Notes: generated by a model from the letters alone, not told the origin. A DNA stretch of 58,733 bases from Nanobdellota archaeon (GCA_034660355.1 JAYEIZ010000160.1:1-58733), one strand, 5' to 3'. Shown: positions 18,527 through 26,687, counted from the stretch's first letter. Numbers and translations: made by a program.

Positions 18527-18843
18527 GTATTAAATTCCTCTACATCTTTAATTGTATATGTTTTGTTTTGGTTAGTTATAACAAATTCTTTGATAGATTG
18601 TACTGTATATTCCCCAGATACCATATAGTTTTCACACGTATCTTCAGCAATACCAAACATATCTCCAAGCCATACAAATAAAACCATAATACCTAAACTA
18701 TCAAGTAAACCTAATTTAACAAGATTATCTTGCATAGATGTAACACCTGTAAAATCATCTGTATCAGTAGTGGTTTCTTCTTGTATGATTTTATTTAATA
18801 TTTGCATAAATTCAGTATCAGTAATCATAAATTGTGTAGTCAT
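18517..18843 (-). CDS. Acyl carrier protein-like (phosphopantetheine-binding) protein, 108 aa
   Basis: 'LVKLGLLDSLGIMVL' contains the DSL Ser-attachment motif of carrier proteins. I place the start at ATG 18843 (AGGAG 5 nt upstream) rather than the track start at 18879. It overlaps the KAS start by 10 nt. Confidence 0.7.
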   Translation of the reverse strand: MTTQFMITDTEFMQILNKIIQEETTTDTDDFTGVTSMQDNLVKLGLLDSLGIMVLFVWLGDMFGIAEDTCENYMVSGEYTVQSIKEFVITNQNKTYTIKDVEEFNTCS

Positions 18844-18935
18844 AATGTCTCCTATAAAGATTAGCCACACAGTATACATATAATATATAACAATATAAAG
18901 CTAATATTTATAAACATTTATAAAGGAATAAATTA

Positions 18936-19613
18936 ATGTACTATCATGGAGGATTTAACGCTAGAAATATACATGAATTTAATAACAATTATAATGGTAT
19001 AAATACTGGTGATAACACAGGAGGGTTCTATTTCACAAATGATTATGCACAGGCTAATAGTTATGCTGTAGAGAGTTTTAAAGGAAAAATAGAGGATAAA
19101 TATTATATGTTATCTAAAGATAAAATAAAACAAATAGCTAAACATATTGGAGCATATTCAAGTAATATGGTGGATGTAATAGATAGATTTGTAGAAATCT
19201 ATACAAATAATAAATCTACAAAAGATACTATAGAAGTAAGCCTAAATATTAAAAATCCAATAATAATCGACTGTGATTATAAGGTAATGGATCATGAATT
19301 AAAAAGTGGAATATGTGCTTTTATCCGCAAACTTAATTATATTAATAGTTATGCGGATGATTCATATATAGATCATGGATATGAGTTTTTCTATAATAAT
19401 AAGCACTTCTTTTTTAGTAAGGAACTATTACAAGAAATAGAAGAAAATTATAGCCAAGAGGATTATGAAGAACCTGATCCTGATTTGATACCTAATTGTT
19501 TAATATTGAAAAATGTTAATGATAATATATCTGAATATATGGATTACTCTTTTGATGTAACTATCATGTTTAATCCATATGACATAGAAATTATAAATAA
19601 AGGAATAAATTAA
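18936..19613 (+). CDS. Possible ADP-ribosyltransferase-like protein (H-Y-[E/D] type, ART-PolyVal-like), 225 aa
   Basis: N-terminal 'MYYHGG...' and 'GGFYFTNDYAQANSYA' resemble ART motifs 1 and 2. C-terminal 'FDVTIMFNPYDIEII' resembles motif 3. Recognition by eye only. Confidence 0.4.
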   Translation: MYYHGGFNARNIHEFNNNYNGINTGDNTGGFYFTNDYAQANSYAVESFKGKIEDKYYMLSKDKIKQIAKHIGAYSSNMVDVIDRFVEIYTNNKSTKDTIEVSLNIKNPIIIDCDYKVMDHELKSGICAFIRKLNYINSYADDSYIDHGYEFFYNNKHFFFSKELLQEIEENYSQEDYEEPDPDLIPNCLILKNVNDNISEYMDYSFDVTIMFNPYDIEIINKGIN

Positions 19614-20446
19614 TGTCTAAAATAATGCTAGCCAAAGACTATAAAGATCTAAAAAAAGAATTACAATTCCCTGTAATGTGTTCAGAGAAAATAGATGGAA
19701 CTGCTGCAGATATTGACAGTATGGAAGCTTTGTCTCGACAAGATAAACCATATCTATCTGTACCTCATATTATACAAGAACTATTAAATATTCCTGGAGC
19801 TGTACTAGGAGAATTACATATCCCAGGAATGTCCTTTAAAGACTCCTCAGGAGCTATTAGAGGACATACTCCTGATGATAGAATCAAACTAGGTGTATAT
19901 GATTATATCACTCCTCTGACAAAATCTATGGGATATATGGAACGTATAGAAATGTTGAAAGATTTAATAGCTAGATTAGGATTACAGCATGTATTTATAA
20001 TCCCATATCATATCTTTACTACACATGCAGAGATAGAAGAATATTATAGTAAAATAGTTAATTCATCTCCTCTAGCTGAAGGTATTTGTATACGTCCTAT
20101 AAATCATCTATTCCAGCCAGGTAAACGTTCATGGGATCTATTACGTAAGAAGAAAGAAGATACTTTAGATCTTATGGTTACTGGATTTGAAGAAGCAATG
20201 ACACCAAAGAAAGAACCTAAAGGAATGGTAGGTAGAGTTATTATATCCTACAAAGGTGAATCTATAGGAGCTGGTGCAGGTAAACTAAAACACTCAGAAC
20301 GTAAAGCTTTATGGGAAGAGTTCAAAGCTAATAAATACGTACCTAAACTAGCTGAGATTACATATAAACCAGATCCATCATATGTAGCTCTACGTGAAGC
20401 TAGATTCACTAGATGGAGAGATGATAAAACAATACCAGACGCATAA
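19613..20446 (+). CDS. ATP-dependent DNA ligase (minimal NTase + OB type, 277 aa)
   Basis: Motif I 'EKIDGT', motif III 'VLGELHI', IIIa 'LGVYDYI', IV 'EGICIRP', V 'LLRKKKEDTLDLMVTG', followed by an OB-like C-terminus. Confidence 0.75.
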   Translation: MSKIMLAKDYKDLKKELQFPVMCSEKIDGTAADIDSMEALSRQDKPYLSVPHIIQELLNIPGAVLGELHIPGMSFKDSSGAIRGHTPDDRIKLGVYDYITPLTKSMGYMERIEMLKDLIARLGLQHVFIIPYHIFTTHAEIEEYYSKIVNSSPLAEGICIRPINHLFQPGKRSWDLLRKKKEDTLDLMVTGFEEAMTPKKEPKGMVGRVIISYKGESIGAGAGKLKHSERKALWEEFKANKYVPKLAEITYKPDPSYVALREARFTRWRDDKTIPDA

Positions 20447-20450
20447 GGAT

Positions 20451-20675
20451 ATGACTAAAATGAATAGATCACAGCAACTGTGTAAATTAATTAAAGCTAA
20501 TAGACTTGAACTAAAAATGACACAAGAAGATCTATCAAGAAAGTGTGGAGTATTACAGACCACCATATCTAAAATAGAATGTAATCAACATTCCCCTTCC
20601 CTAGAATTATATATTAAACTATTGTCGGGTTTGGATAAACATATTGAAATACATAAAGGAAATAATAAATGCTAA
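20451..20675 (+). CDS. XRE-family helix-turn-helix transcriptional regulator
   Basis: 'LIKANRLELKMTQEDLSRKCGVLQTTISKIECNQHSPSLELYIKLLSGL' is a classic Cro/C1-type HTH. The track start 20394 overlaps the ligase, so ATG 20451 or 20460 (AAGGA upstream) is more likely. Confidence 0.7.
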   Translation: MTKMNRSQQLCKLIKANRLELKMTQEDLSRKCGVLQTTISKIECNQHSPSLELYIKLLSGLDKHIEIHKGNNKC

Positions 20676-21442
20676 CAACTTATGATGGGTGCATGGGCTC
20701 AGGCAAAACTGCAAAAATACTAGAACTAATTGAAGAGTTAGAAGAGCATAATAAATTGGTATTAGTATATAAACCTAAGCATGATACACGAGGACTTATA
20801 GATTATATTGAATCACGAAATGGTAAATCCCATGAAGCTCTTAGAATATGTGAAGATTTTGCAGATGTAGAATTTGCATTAAAACGAATGAAAGTAGATA
20901 CAATGTTCTTCAGCGAAGTACATTTCTTTACAGATACTCCTGCATTTATAAAACTAGTTAAACATATATTAGCTCAAGGAATAAATGTTGTAACTGAAGG
21001 TCTTGATATGTCTTGGAAAGGCACTATGTTTGATACCCCTACAGCATTACGAGAAATTGCAGATAAATCATACACTCTTACAGGAACATGCGAGTGCGGT
21101 AATAAGAGTACCCATACAAGTAAATTAGTAGACTTAGATAGTGAATTTACTGTTGGTGGTGATGATATGTATATAGCTCATTGTGAACATTGCTGGCAAG
21201 TAGCTAATACATTATCAGATAAAAAAACTGCAGAAGATATGGTTAATAGTCCTAGCCACTATACTAATGGATCTATCGAATGTATTGAAGCTATGGAAGC
21301 ACAACTAACACCAGAAGAGTTTAGAGGATACTTAAAAGGATGTGTTATTAAATACATTTGGAGAGAGCGTCATAAAGATGGAATTGAATCCATCAAGAAA
21401 GCTATATGGTATCTTCATAGATTAACCACATTAAAGGAGTAA
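20669..21442 (+). CDS. tdk: Thymidine kinase fused to a C-terminal DUF3310-like domain
   Basis: P-loop 'GCMGSGKT', 'FSEVHFF', 'GLDMSWKG' and the Zn-type lasso 'CECG...HCEHC' mark the TK. Residues about 195-257 ('SPSHYTNGSIECIEAMEAQL...GCVIKYIWRERHKDG...KKAIWYLHRL') resemble the phage DUF3310 module. Confidence 0.85.
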   Translation: MLTTYDGCMGSGKTAKILELIEELEEHNKLVLVYKPKHDTRGLIDYIESRNGKSHEALRICEDFADVEFALKRMKVDTMFFSEVHFFTDTPAFIKLVKHILAQGINVVTEGLDMSWKGTMFDTPTALREIADKSYTLTGTCECGNKSTHTSKLVDLDSEFTVGGDDMYIAHCEHCWQVANTLSDKKTAEDMVNSPSHYTNGSIECIEAMEAQLTPEEFRGYLKGCVIKYIWRERHKDGIESIKKAIWYLHRLTTLKE

Positions 21443-21447
21443 GATAA

Positions 21448-21768
21448 ATGTTGAATGATAATAATAATAATATCACTATATCATGGGATTACTGGGGAGC
21501 TATATGGAAAATAACTGCTAAAGTAGTTTACCATAGTGAATTAAAAATCGTAAGTGTACAGAATATTAAAGCTATAGATCTTGATGGGGATGAAGTCCCC
21601 ATAGAATGTATGTCATCTAATATACAGATGAAAGATACAGTTAAAGATGAAATCGAAGAGTGTTTAGTTGAAAGTTTAGTTCTTCAAGGTGTGATAGCAG
21701 ATCCGTCAAGACTTTCAGGAGACTTTCAAAACGAACACAAATGGTATGTACAAAGTGAGGAGAAATAA
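21448..21768 (+). CDS. Hypothetical protein (106 aa)
   Basis: ORF with RBS AAGGAG, tightly packed between tdk and thyX. Confidence 0.5.
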   Translation: MLNDNNNNITISWDYWGAIWKITAKVVYHSELKIVSVQNIKAIDLDGDEVPIECMSSNIQMKDTVKDEIEECLVESLVLQGVIADPSRLSGDFQNEHKWYVQSEEK

Positions 21769-21771
21769 CTA

Positions 21772-22587
21772 ATGCAAATAATTGAACCAAGCTTTGAAAT
21801 AATGGATTGGGAAGATCCTATTAAACATATCGAAAGATGTGGAAGGGTTTGTTATAAATCTGAAGATAAAATAACTGATACTTCAGCAGAGAAATTTGTT
21901 GAGATGCTTATTAAGAAAGGGCATCTATCCGTATTGGAACATGCAAGTTGTGTTATACATAAATTTCAAAGCACTAACCTTGATGATATTGTAGCTTTAA
22001 TCCCTGAGATAAAGTCAGTTCAACAAATAAAAGACTTATTCCAATGGAAAAGTTATACTAGGCAACAAGAATTATTAGCCCCAAAACTTAGAGTTAAGCA
22101 CCATGTAACAGTTAAATTTATCTGTAACCGAGGATTCACTCATGAATTAGTAAGACATAGAGGATATAAATTTCCTGATGAGCAAGTGATTAAAGCTAAG
22201 TATTCTCAGGAATCTACTCGCTACTGTAATTATTCTAGTGAGGCTTTCGGTAGTGAAATATCTGTAATTAGACCAGTGTGGTTAGATGAGGATATTAAAA
22301 CAGAACACCTCATCAATAAAGAAAAACTAAACAGACTCAGAGAATGGGAAGTCAGTTGTAATCAAGCAGAGACATCATATTTTTCAATGATACAGAATGG
22401 AGCTAAGCCAGACGATGCTCGTGATATGTTACCTATAGGGCTAAAGACAGAAATTATCTGTACGACAACTTTAGCTCACTGGGAACATATATTCAATTTA
22501 AGGTGTGCAAAGGCAGCTCATCCAAGTATGAGACAGCTTATGATACCCCTAAGAAAGGAATTTATCAAAAGAGGGTATATAGTATGA
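21772..22587 (+). CDS. thyX: Flavin-dependent thymidylate synthase ThyX
   Basis: ThyX signature 'ELVRHRG...' followed by 'YSQESTRY' (RHR...S-Q-x-S-x-RY), with a short insertion between the two halves. N-terminal 'CGRVCYKS...KGHLSVLEH'. Confidence 0.85.
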   Translation: MQIIEPSFEIMDWEDPIKHIERCGRVCYKSEDKITDTSAEKFVEMLIKKGHLSVLEHASCVIHKFQSTNLDDIVALIPEIKSVQQIKDLFQWKSYTRQQELLAPKLRVKHHVTVKFICNRGFTHELVRHRGYKFPDEQVIKAKYSQESTRYCNYSSEAFGSEISVIRPVWLDEDIKTEHLINKEKLNRLREWEVSCNQAETSYFSMIQNGAKPDDARDMLPIGLKTEIICTTTLAHWEHIFNLRCAKAAHPSMRQLMIPLRKEFIKRGYIV

Positions 22588-22772
22588 AAAAATCAAAATT
22601 AGCTTGGTTTTATGCTAACTTAATCTTTGGTGCTGCTATTGCTTTGATTTTAGCTTCAATTCCAGAATGGGTTTTATTTTGGATTTGGGTTATCGGCTGG
22701 TTTGTCCCTGACTTAATTTTAGTTGGGCATCTTATTAGACAACGGTGTTTAATTATACGAAAAAGAGATTAA
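22584..22772 (+). CDS. Small membrane protein (62 aa, two predicted TM helices)
   Basis: ATG 22584 overlaps the thyX stop (ATGA). 'LAWFYANLIFGAAIALILASI' and 'WVLFWIWVIGWFVPDLILVG' are hydrophobic. The track start 22503 lies inside thyX. Confidence 0.55.
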   Translation: MKKSKLAWFYANLIFGAAIALILASIPEWVLFWIWVIGWFVPDLILVGHLIRQRCLIIRKRD

Positions 22773-22791
22773 TAGAAATAAGGAAGATTAA

Positions 22792-23256
22792 ATGAATATT
22801 GATAAGATTAAGAAATTCGTAAAAGAATACAAAGAACAGGATAATAGAATAACATCATTCCCATATATGTTTATATTACAGGAAAGATATACAGTAGCAG
22901 TTAGTGACGATTATGCTGATTCTAATTGCATGGTTGAATATATCAATGTAGATGATGAAATATTTTTATCAGAAGAAGAGTATAAAGAACTATTTGCTAA
23001 TAGTGAAATTGATGAAGACGGGCAAGAAGTTGCCTTTGATGAAGACGGTGAATTGCTTTATAAAGATGAATTTAAAGAAGTATGTTCTAATTTCTATTGG
23101 AAAGATGTCGGATTTTTCTTTACTGAAAAAGCACTTAATGAACATGTAGAGGCTAATCATTATCATTATGGTATGACAAGGAGTTACGTTAAGAAACTAT
23201 TCCGAAATCCTGAAATGGAGATGATTTTAAAAACTATGTTTGAAATTGCAGGATAG
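22792..23256 (+). CDS. Hypothetical acidic protein (154 aa)
   Basis: ORF with RBS AAGGAAG. No motif recognised. Confidence 0.5.
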   Translation: MNIDKIKKFVKEYKEQDNRITSFPYMFILQERYTVAVSDDYADSNCMVEYINVDDEIFLSEEEYKELFANSEIDEDGQEVAFDEDGELLYKDEFKEVCSNFYWKDVGFFFTEKALNEHVEANHYHYGMTRSYVKKLFRNPEMEMILKTMFEIAG

Positions 23257-23269
23257 GATATAAAATAAT

Positions 23270-23545
23270 ATGAGAATAGTTCATGAAGATAATTTTGAAT
23301 TATTAGAGCAAGGTAAAATCCTTGCAGATATTCAAGTCGAAATAACTTATGATGTAGTAAATGCTGATGCAGATGTTATAAATATTGTTAATATTCGTGT
23401 CAAAGTCCTTACTCATGATAGAAGATATAATGACTGGGAGTATATAATACCAGAACAATCGTTATATAGTATGATTGAAAAGTTCTTTTATCAAGATAAA
23501 CAGCAAGATTTTTTAATTGAGATAGCAGATTTAGATAGTTATTAA
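23270..23545 (+). CDS. Hypothetical protein (91 aa)
   Basis: ORF in the co-directional island. No motif recognised. Confidence 0.5.
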   Translation: MRIVHEDNFELLEQGKILADIQVEITYDVVNADADVINIVNIRVKVLTHDRRYNDWEYIIPEQSLYSMIEKFFYQDKQQDFLIEIADLDSY

Positions 23546-23609
23546 ACTGTACAGGAACTAAATATACCTGTACCTTAAGTACCCAAAATAATTTAAATAG
23601 GAATAATTA

Positions 23610-25376
23610 ATGACAAACAATAATATAGAAGCAATAGATGAATATCTTGATAGAACAGATTGGAGAGTTAATGCAAACGCTAATCAGGGATATTCATTAG
23701 GTGGATTGATACTAAACACAACAGGTAAAAATATAGCTAACTATTGGATGACTAAAATATATGAACCATCTATAGGTCAAGCCCATAAGAATGGAGATAT
23801 ACATATTCATGATCTTGATATGTTTGCAGGGTATTGTTGTGGGCATAGCCTCAGAAACCTCTTAAATGAGGGCTACAATGGTATTCCTGGAAAGATCTCC
23901 AGTAAAGCTCCTAAACATCTTTCTAGTGCTCTAGGGCAAATGGTGAACTTTATAGGTACACTTCAGAATGAATGGGCTGGTGCTCAAGCATTCAGTTCAT
24001 TTGATACTCTATTAGCTCCATTTGTACGAGTAGAGAAGCTTACATATAAACAGATAAAGCAATTAATAGAACAGTTTATCTTTGATCTAAATGTACCTTC
24101 TAGGTGGGGAACACAGACACCATTCTCTAATCTAACATTTGATCTAGTTTGCCCTAATGATCTGAAAGATATTAAACCACTAGTTGGAGGTAAAGAAGTA
24201 GACTTCACTTATGGAGATCTGCAAGTAGAAGCTGATATGCTAACAAAAGCTTTCCTTGAAGTTATGTTAGCTGGAGATGGTAACAGTAGAGTATTCTCAT
24301 ACCCTATCCCTACGTTTAATATTACTAAAGAATTTAACTGGGATAGTGAAATATCTAATATTCTTTTTGAGTATGCAGGTAAATATGGAACTCCATATTT
24401 CCAGAACTTTATTAATTCAGATATGGATCCATCAGATGTAAGAAGCATGTGTTGTAGATTGTCTTTAGATCTAAATGAGCTCAAGAAGCGTGGTGGAGGA
24501 CTATTTGGTGCATCTGAGCAAACAGGTTCAGTTGGAGTAGTTACTCTTAATATGGCTAGAATTGGTGGACTATATAAAGAAGAGAAATCTTTCTTTAGTC
24601 GTATAAATCATCTAATGGAAATTGCTACAAGTTCATTAGAAAAGAAACGTGAAACATTAGAGCATTATCTAAAGCATGATCTGTATCCATACACTAAACG
24701 ATATGTAGGTACCTTTAGAAATCATTTCTCTACCATTGGAGTGAATGGTATGAATGAAATGTGTCTAGCTTATTTAGGTAAAGATATTACCTCTAAAGAA
24801 GGTCAAGCATTCAGTCTTAAAGTATTAGACTTTATGAGAGATAAGCTAATAGATATACAAGAACGTACTGGACATATGTATAACCTTGAAGCTTCACCTG
24901 CTGAGGGTGCTTGTTATAGGTTTGCTAAACTAGATCAGAGCATGTATCCTAATGAAACTATACAATCTGGTACAGCAGATGCTCCTTACTATACAAACTC
25001 TTCACAGCTACCTGTAGGAAAGGTATCAGACCCATTTAAGATTATTGAACTACAAGAAGGTCTTCAAACTAAATATACTGGAGGTACAGTTCTACATTTC
25101 TTTTTTGGTGAAAAGATAGATGGAGCAAGTGCAAAGAAGTTTGTTAAACTAATATGCAATAAAACAAGACTACCATATATTACAATTTCTCCAGTATTTA
25201 CTATCTGTAAAACTCATGGGTATATTAAAGGCAAACACGCAACTTGTCCTACTTGTGGAGAAGTTACTGAAATCTGGGAGAAAGTAATGGGATATTATCG
25301 TCCTATAGATTGGGCTAATAAAGGTAAACAAAGTGAAATCAATGAACGAATTACAGTAACTGTAGGAGATAAATAA
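23610..25376 (+). CDS. nrdD: Anaerobic ribonucleoside-triphosphate reductase (class III RNR) NrdD
   Basis: 'DVRSMCCRLSLD' active-site Cys pair, C-terminal Zn site 'CKTHG...CPTCG' and glycyl-radical motif 'KVMGYYRPIDWANKGKQSE'. Confidence 0.9.
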   Translation: MTNNNIEAIDEYLDRTDWRVNANANQGYSLGGLILNTTGKNIANYWMTKIYEPSIGQAHKNGDIHIHDLDMFAGYCCGHSLRNLLNEGYNGIPGKISSKAPKHLSSALGQMVNFIGTLQNEWAGAQAFSSFDTLLAPFVRVEKLTYKQIKQLIEQFIFDLNVPSRWGTQTPFSNLTFDLVCPNDLKDIKPLVGGKEVDFTYGDLQVEADMLTKAFLEVMLAGDGNSRVFSYPIPTFNITKEFNWDSEISNILFEYAGKYGTPYFQNFINSDMDPSDVRSMCCRLSLDLNELKKRGGGLFGASEQTGSVGVVTLNMARIGGLYKEEKSFFSRINHLMEIATSSLEKKRETLEHYLKHDLYPYTKRYVGTFRNHFSTIGVNGMNEMCLAYLGKDITSKEGQAFSLKVLDFMRDKLIDIQERTGHMYNLEASPAEGACYRFAKLDQSMYPNETIQSGTADAPYYTNSSQLPVGKVSDPFKIIELQEGLQTKYTGGTVLHFFFGEKIDGASAKKFVKLICNKTRLPYITISPVFTICKTHGYIKGKHATCPTCGEVTEIWEKVMGYYRPIDWANKGKQSEINERITVTVGDK

Positions 25377-25377
25377 T

Positions 25378-25878
25378 ATGAACTTTGAAGAACATACAAA
25401 TAAGTGTCTCAATACTTGGATTCGAGACGACACGGCACTTGAGAGAACTGAACTAGGGTTGATTGAAGAAGTCGGAGAAGTTGCAGGAAAGCATAAAAAA
25501 TTCTTGAGAGGGGATTATGATAAGGAAGAATATGACAGGTTAGTGTTAGGTGAGCTTGGAGACGTATTATTTTATCTGACGATGAACTGTTATGAAAATA
25601 ATATAAACATTAAAGAATTTGCGTTACCAAATAGAGTTATAAAGTCAAACACTTTTGAGTATATTAAACAACTCAATAAAAATGTTTCTAAATTGCTAAA
25701 AATTCCTAATGATGAGGAAACACTTATTTTACATTATGTTGTAGTTGTTATATCAAATATAATAGATATAGCTAATCAATCAGGCTACACACTTCAACAA
25801 GTGGCAAACGCTAATATTGAGAAACTATCTAAACGTAAAATCAATGGAACTATTAAAGGTAGTGGGGATGACCGCTAA
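25378..25878 (+). CDS. mazG: MazG-like nucleoside triphosphate pyrophosphohydrolase
   Basis: 'GLIEEVGEVAGKHKKFLRGDYD...LGELGDVLFYL' is the EExxE...D metal-binding helix pair of the all-alpha NTP-PPase family. Confidence 0.8.
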   Translation: MNFEEHTNKCLNTWIRDDTALERTELGLIEEVGEVAGKHKKFLRGDYDKEEYDRLVLGELGDVLFYLTMNCYENNINIKEFALPNRVIKSNTFEYIKQLNKNVSKLLKIPNDEETLILHYVVVVISNIIDIANQSGYTLQQVANANIEKLSKRKINGTIKGSGDDR

Positions 25879-25895
25879 ACTAAGTATATTCCATT

Positions 25896-25924
25896 AAAAA
25901 AGCCCTGTTAATTCAGGGCTTTTA
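25896..25924. terminator. Bidirectional rho-independent terminator between converging mazG (+) and endolysin (-) genes
   Basis: aaaaa-AGCCCTG-ttaatt-CAGGGCT-ttta: 7-bp GC-rich stem flanked by an A-run and a T-run. Confidence 0.75.
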
Positions 25925-25993
25925 TGGAGAAATAGACTAGTACTTATGTAAACAAGAATTAATCTATATGTTTATATTATGATTGTCAATAGT

Positions 25994-26386
25994 TTAATAT
26001 CCAAATAGTTTCTGTTCTCTGTCAAAATCTGTACGTCTATCTAAATGTATAAATTTACTAGATACTCCAACAGACCATCCTTTGTTTAGAGCTAATTTAA
26101 CTAGCTTTGCTGCATATGCACTACTTTTAATAGATATATCTATTGCACAACATCCATCAGATCCATCGCATATATGAAAGCTTCCAGGTGCTCCACCAAC
26201 AGTCTTATTATGCTCCGTGGAACGACAACAAGAAGATACATACATAGATTCATCTAACTCTACACGTAGAGCCTGTAGAGCATCTACAAATCCTTTTGCT
26301 AGTCTATACTGACCACTTGCTCTACATTGAAGTTCTTCTTTAGTAAATAGTGTTTTACCTGTAAGGGGACTTTTTATATCATTCAT
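25994..26386 (-). CDS. Endolysin, peptidase M15 (zinc D,D- or L-Ala-D-Glu peptidase) family
   Basis: 'CCRSTEHNKTVGGAPGSFH...CCAIDI...FIHLD' matches the H-x(n)-D...H Zn-ligand pattern of M15 cell-wall peptidases. It sits with spanin-like ORFs. Confidence 0.8.
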   Translation of the reverse strand: MNDIKSPLTGKTLFTKEELQCRASGQYRLAKGFVDALQALRVELDESMYVSSCCRSTEHNKTVGGAPGSFHICDGSDGCCAIDISIKSSAYAAKLVKLALNKGWSVGVSSKFIHLDRRTDFDREQKLFGY

Positions 26387-26631
26387 TTGCAGTATTCCTC
26401 ATAAAAATAGTTTAATTGTTTCAGTTGATGCTCAGTACCCTCTGTAAGCTTATCTCTTGAGCTTATTCGTACTGGGAGCAACTTGCATGTATTAATTACG
26501 TTCGTAGTCATCGAGCAAGCGTTTAGGAAGTTCGTCAGGCATATTATCAATAATGTCCTGAGTAATGTTTTCCTGCTCACTTTGATACTCCTTAATTGCA
26601 CGTTGTTTAATACTTTGTTGCCTCCATACAT
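26383..26631 (-). CDS. Candidate o-spanin (outer-membrane lipoprotein)
   Basis: 'RKTLLRTLLIICLTNFLNAC' looks like a signal peptide with lipobox L-N-A-C. The ORF overlaps the preceding ORF out of frame (overlapped spanin architecture), and its stop overlaps the endolysin start. The real start may be internal. Confidence 0.45.
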   Translation of the reverse strand: MYGGNKVLNNVQLRSIKVSRKTLLRTLLIICLTNFLNACSMTTNVINTCKLLPVRISSRDKLTEGTEHQLKQLNYFYEEYCK

Positions 26632-26686
26632 TCAGTAATGTTTCCACTATTGAAGACACGGAGGCAAACAGTCGAAGCAACGACAT
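26492..26686 (-). CDS. Candidate i-spanin (short, 64 aa)
   Basis: N-terminal hydrophobic 'LLRLFASVSSIVETLLNVW' followed by a charged helical region. Overlaps the lipoprotein ORF. Unusually short for an Rz-type protein. Confidence 0.4.
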   Translation of the reverse strand: MSLLRLFASVSSIVETLLNVWRQQSIKQRAIKEYQSEQENITQDIIDNMPDELPKRLLDDYERN

Positions 26687-26687
26687 G

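Noticed and set aside
18844-18879. 5' extensions of track ORFs (18844-18879 for ACP; likewise 20394-20450, 22503-22583, 48694-48711, 51233-51250, 54850-54864)
   Set aside because: The first-in-frame start codons lie inside the upstream gene or lack an RBS. Internal ATGs with AGGAG/AAGGA at 5-10 nt are more plausible. The 3' ends are unchanged.
23984-25433. Minus-strand ORFs 23984-24208, 24209-24484 and 25170-25433
   Set aside because: They are antisense to nrdD/mazG, which have unambiguous catalytic motifs. No RBS is present.
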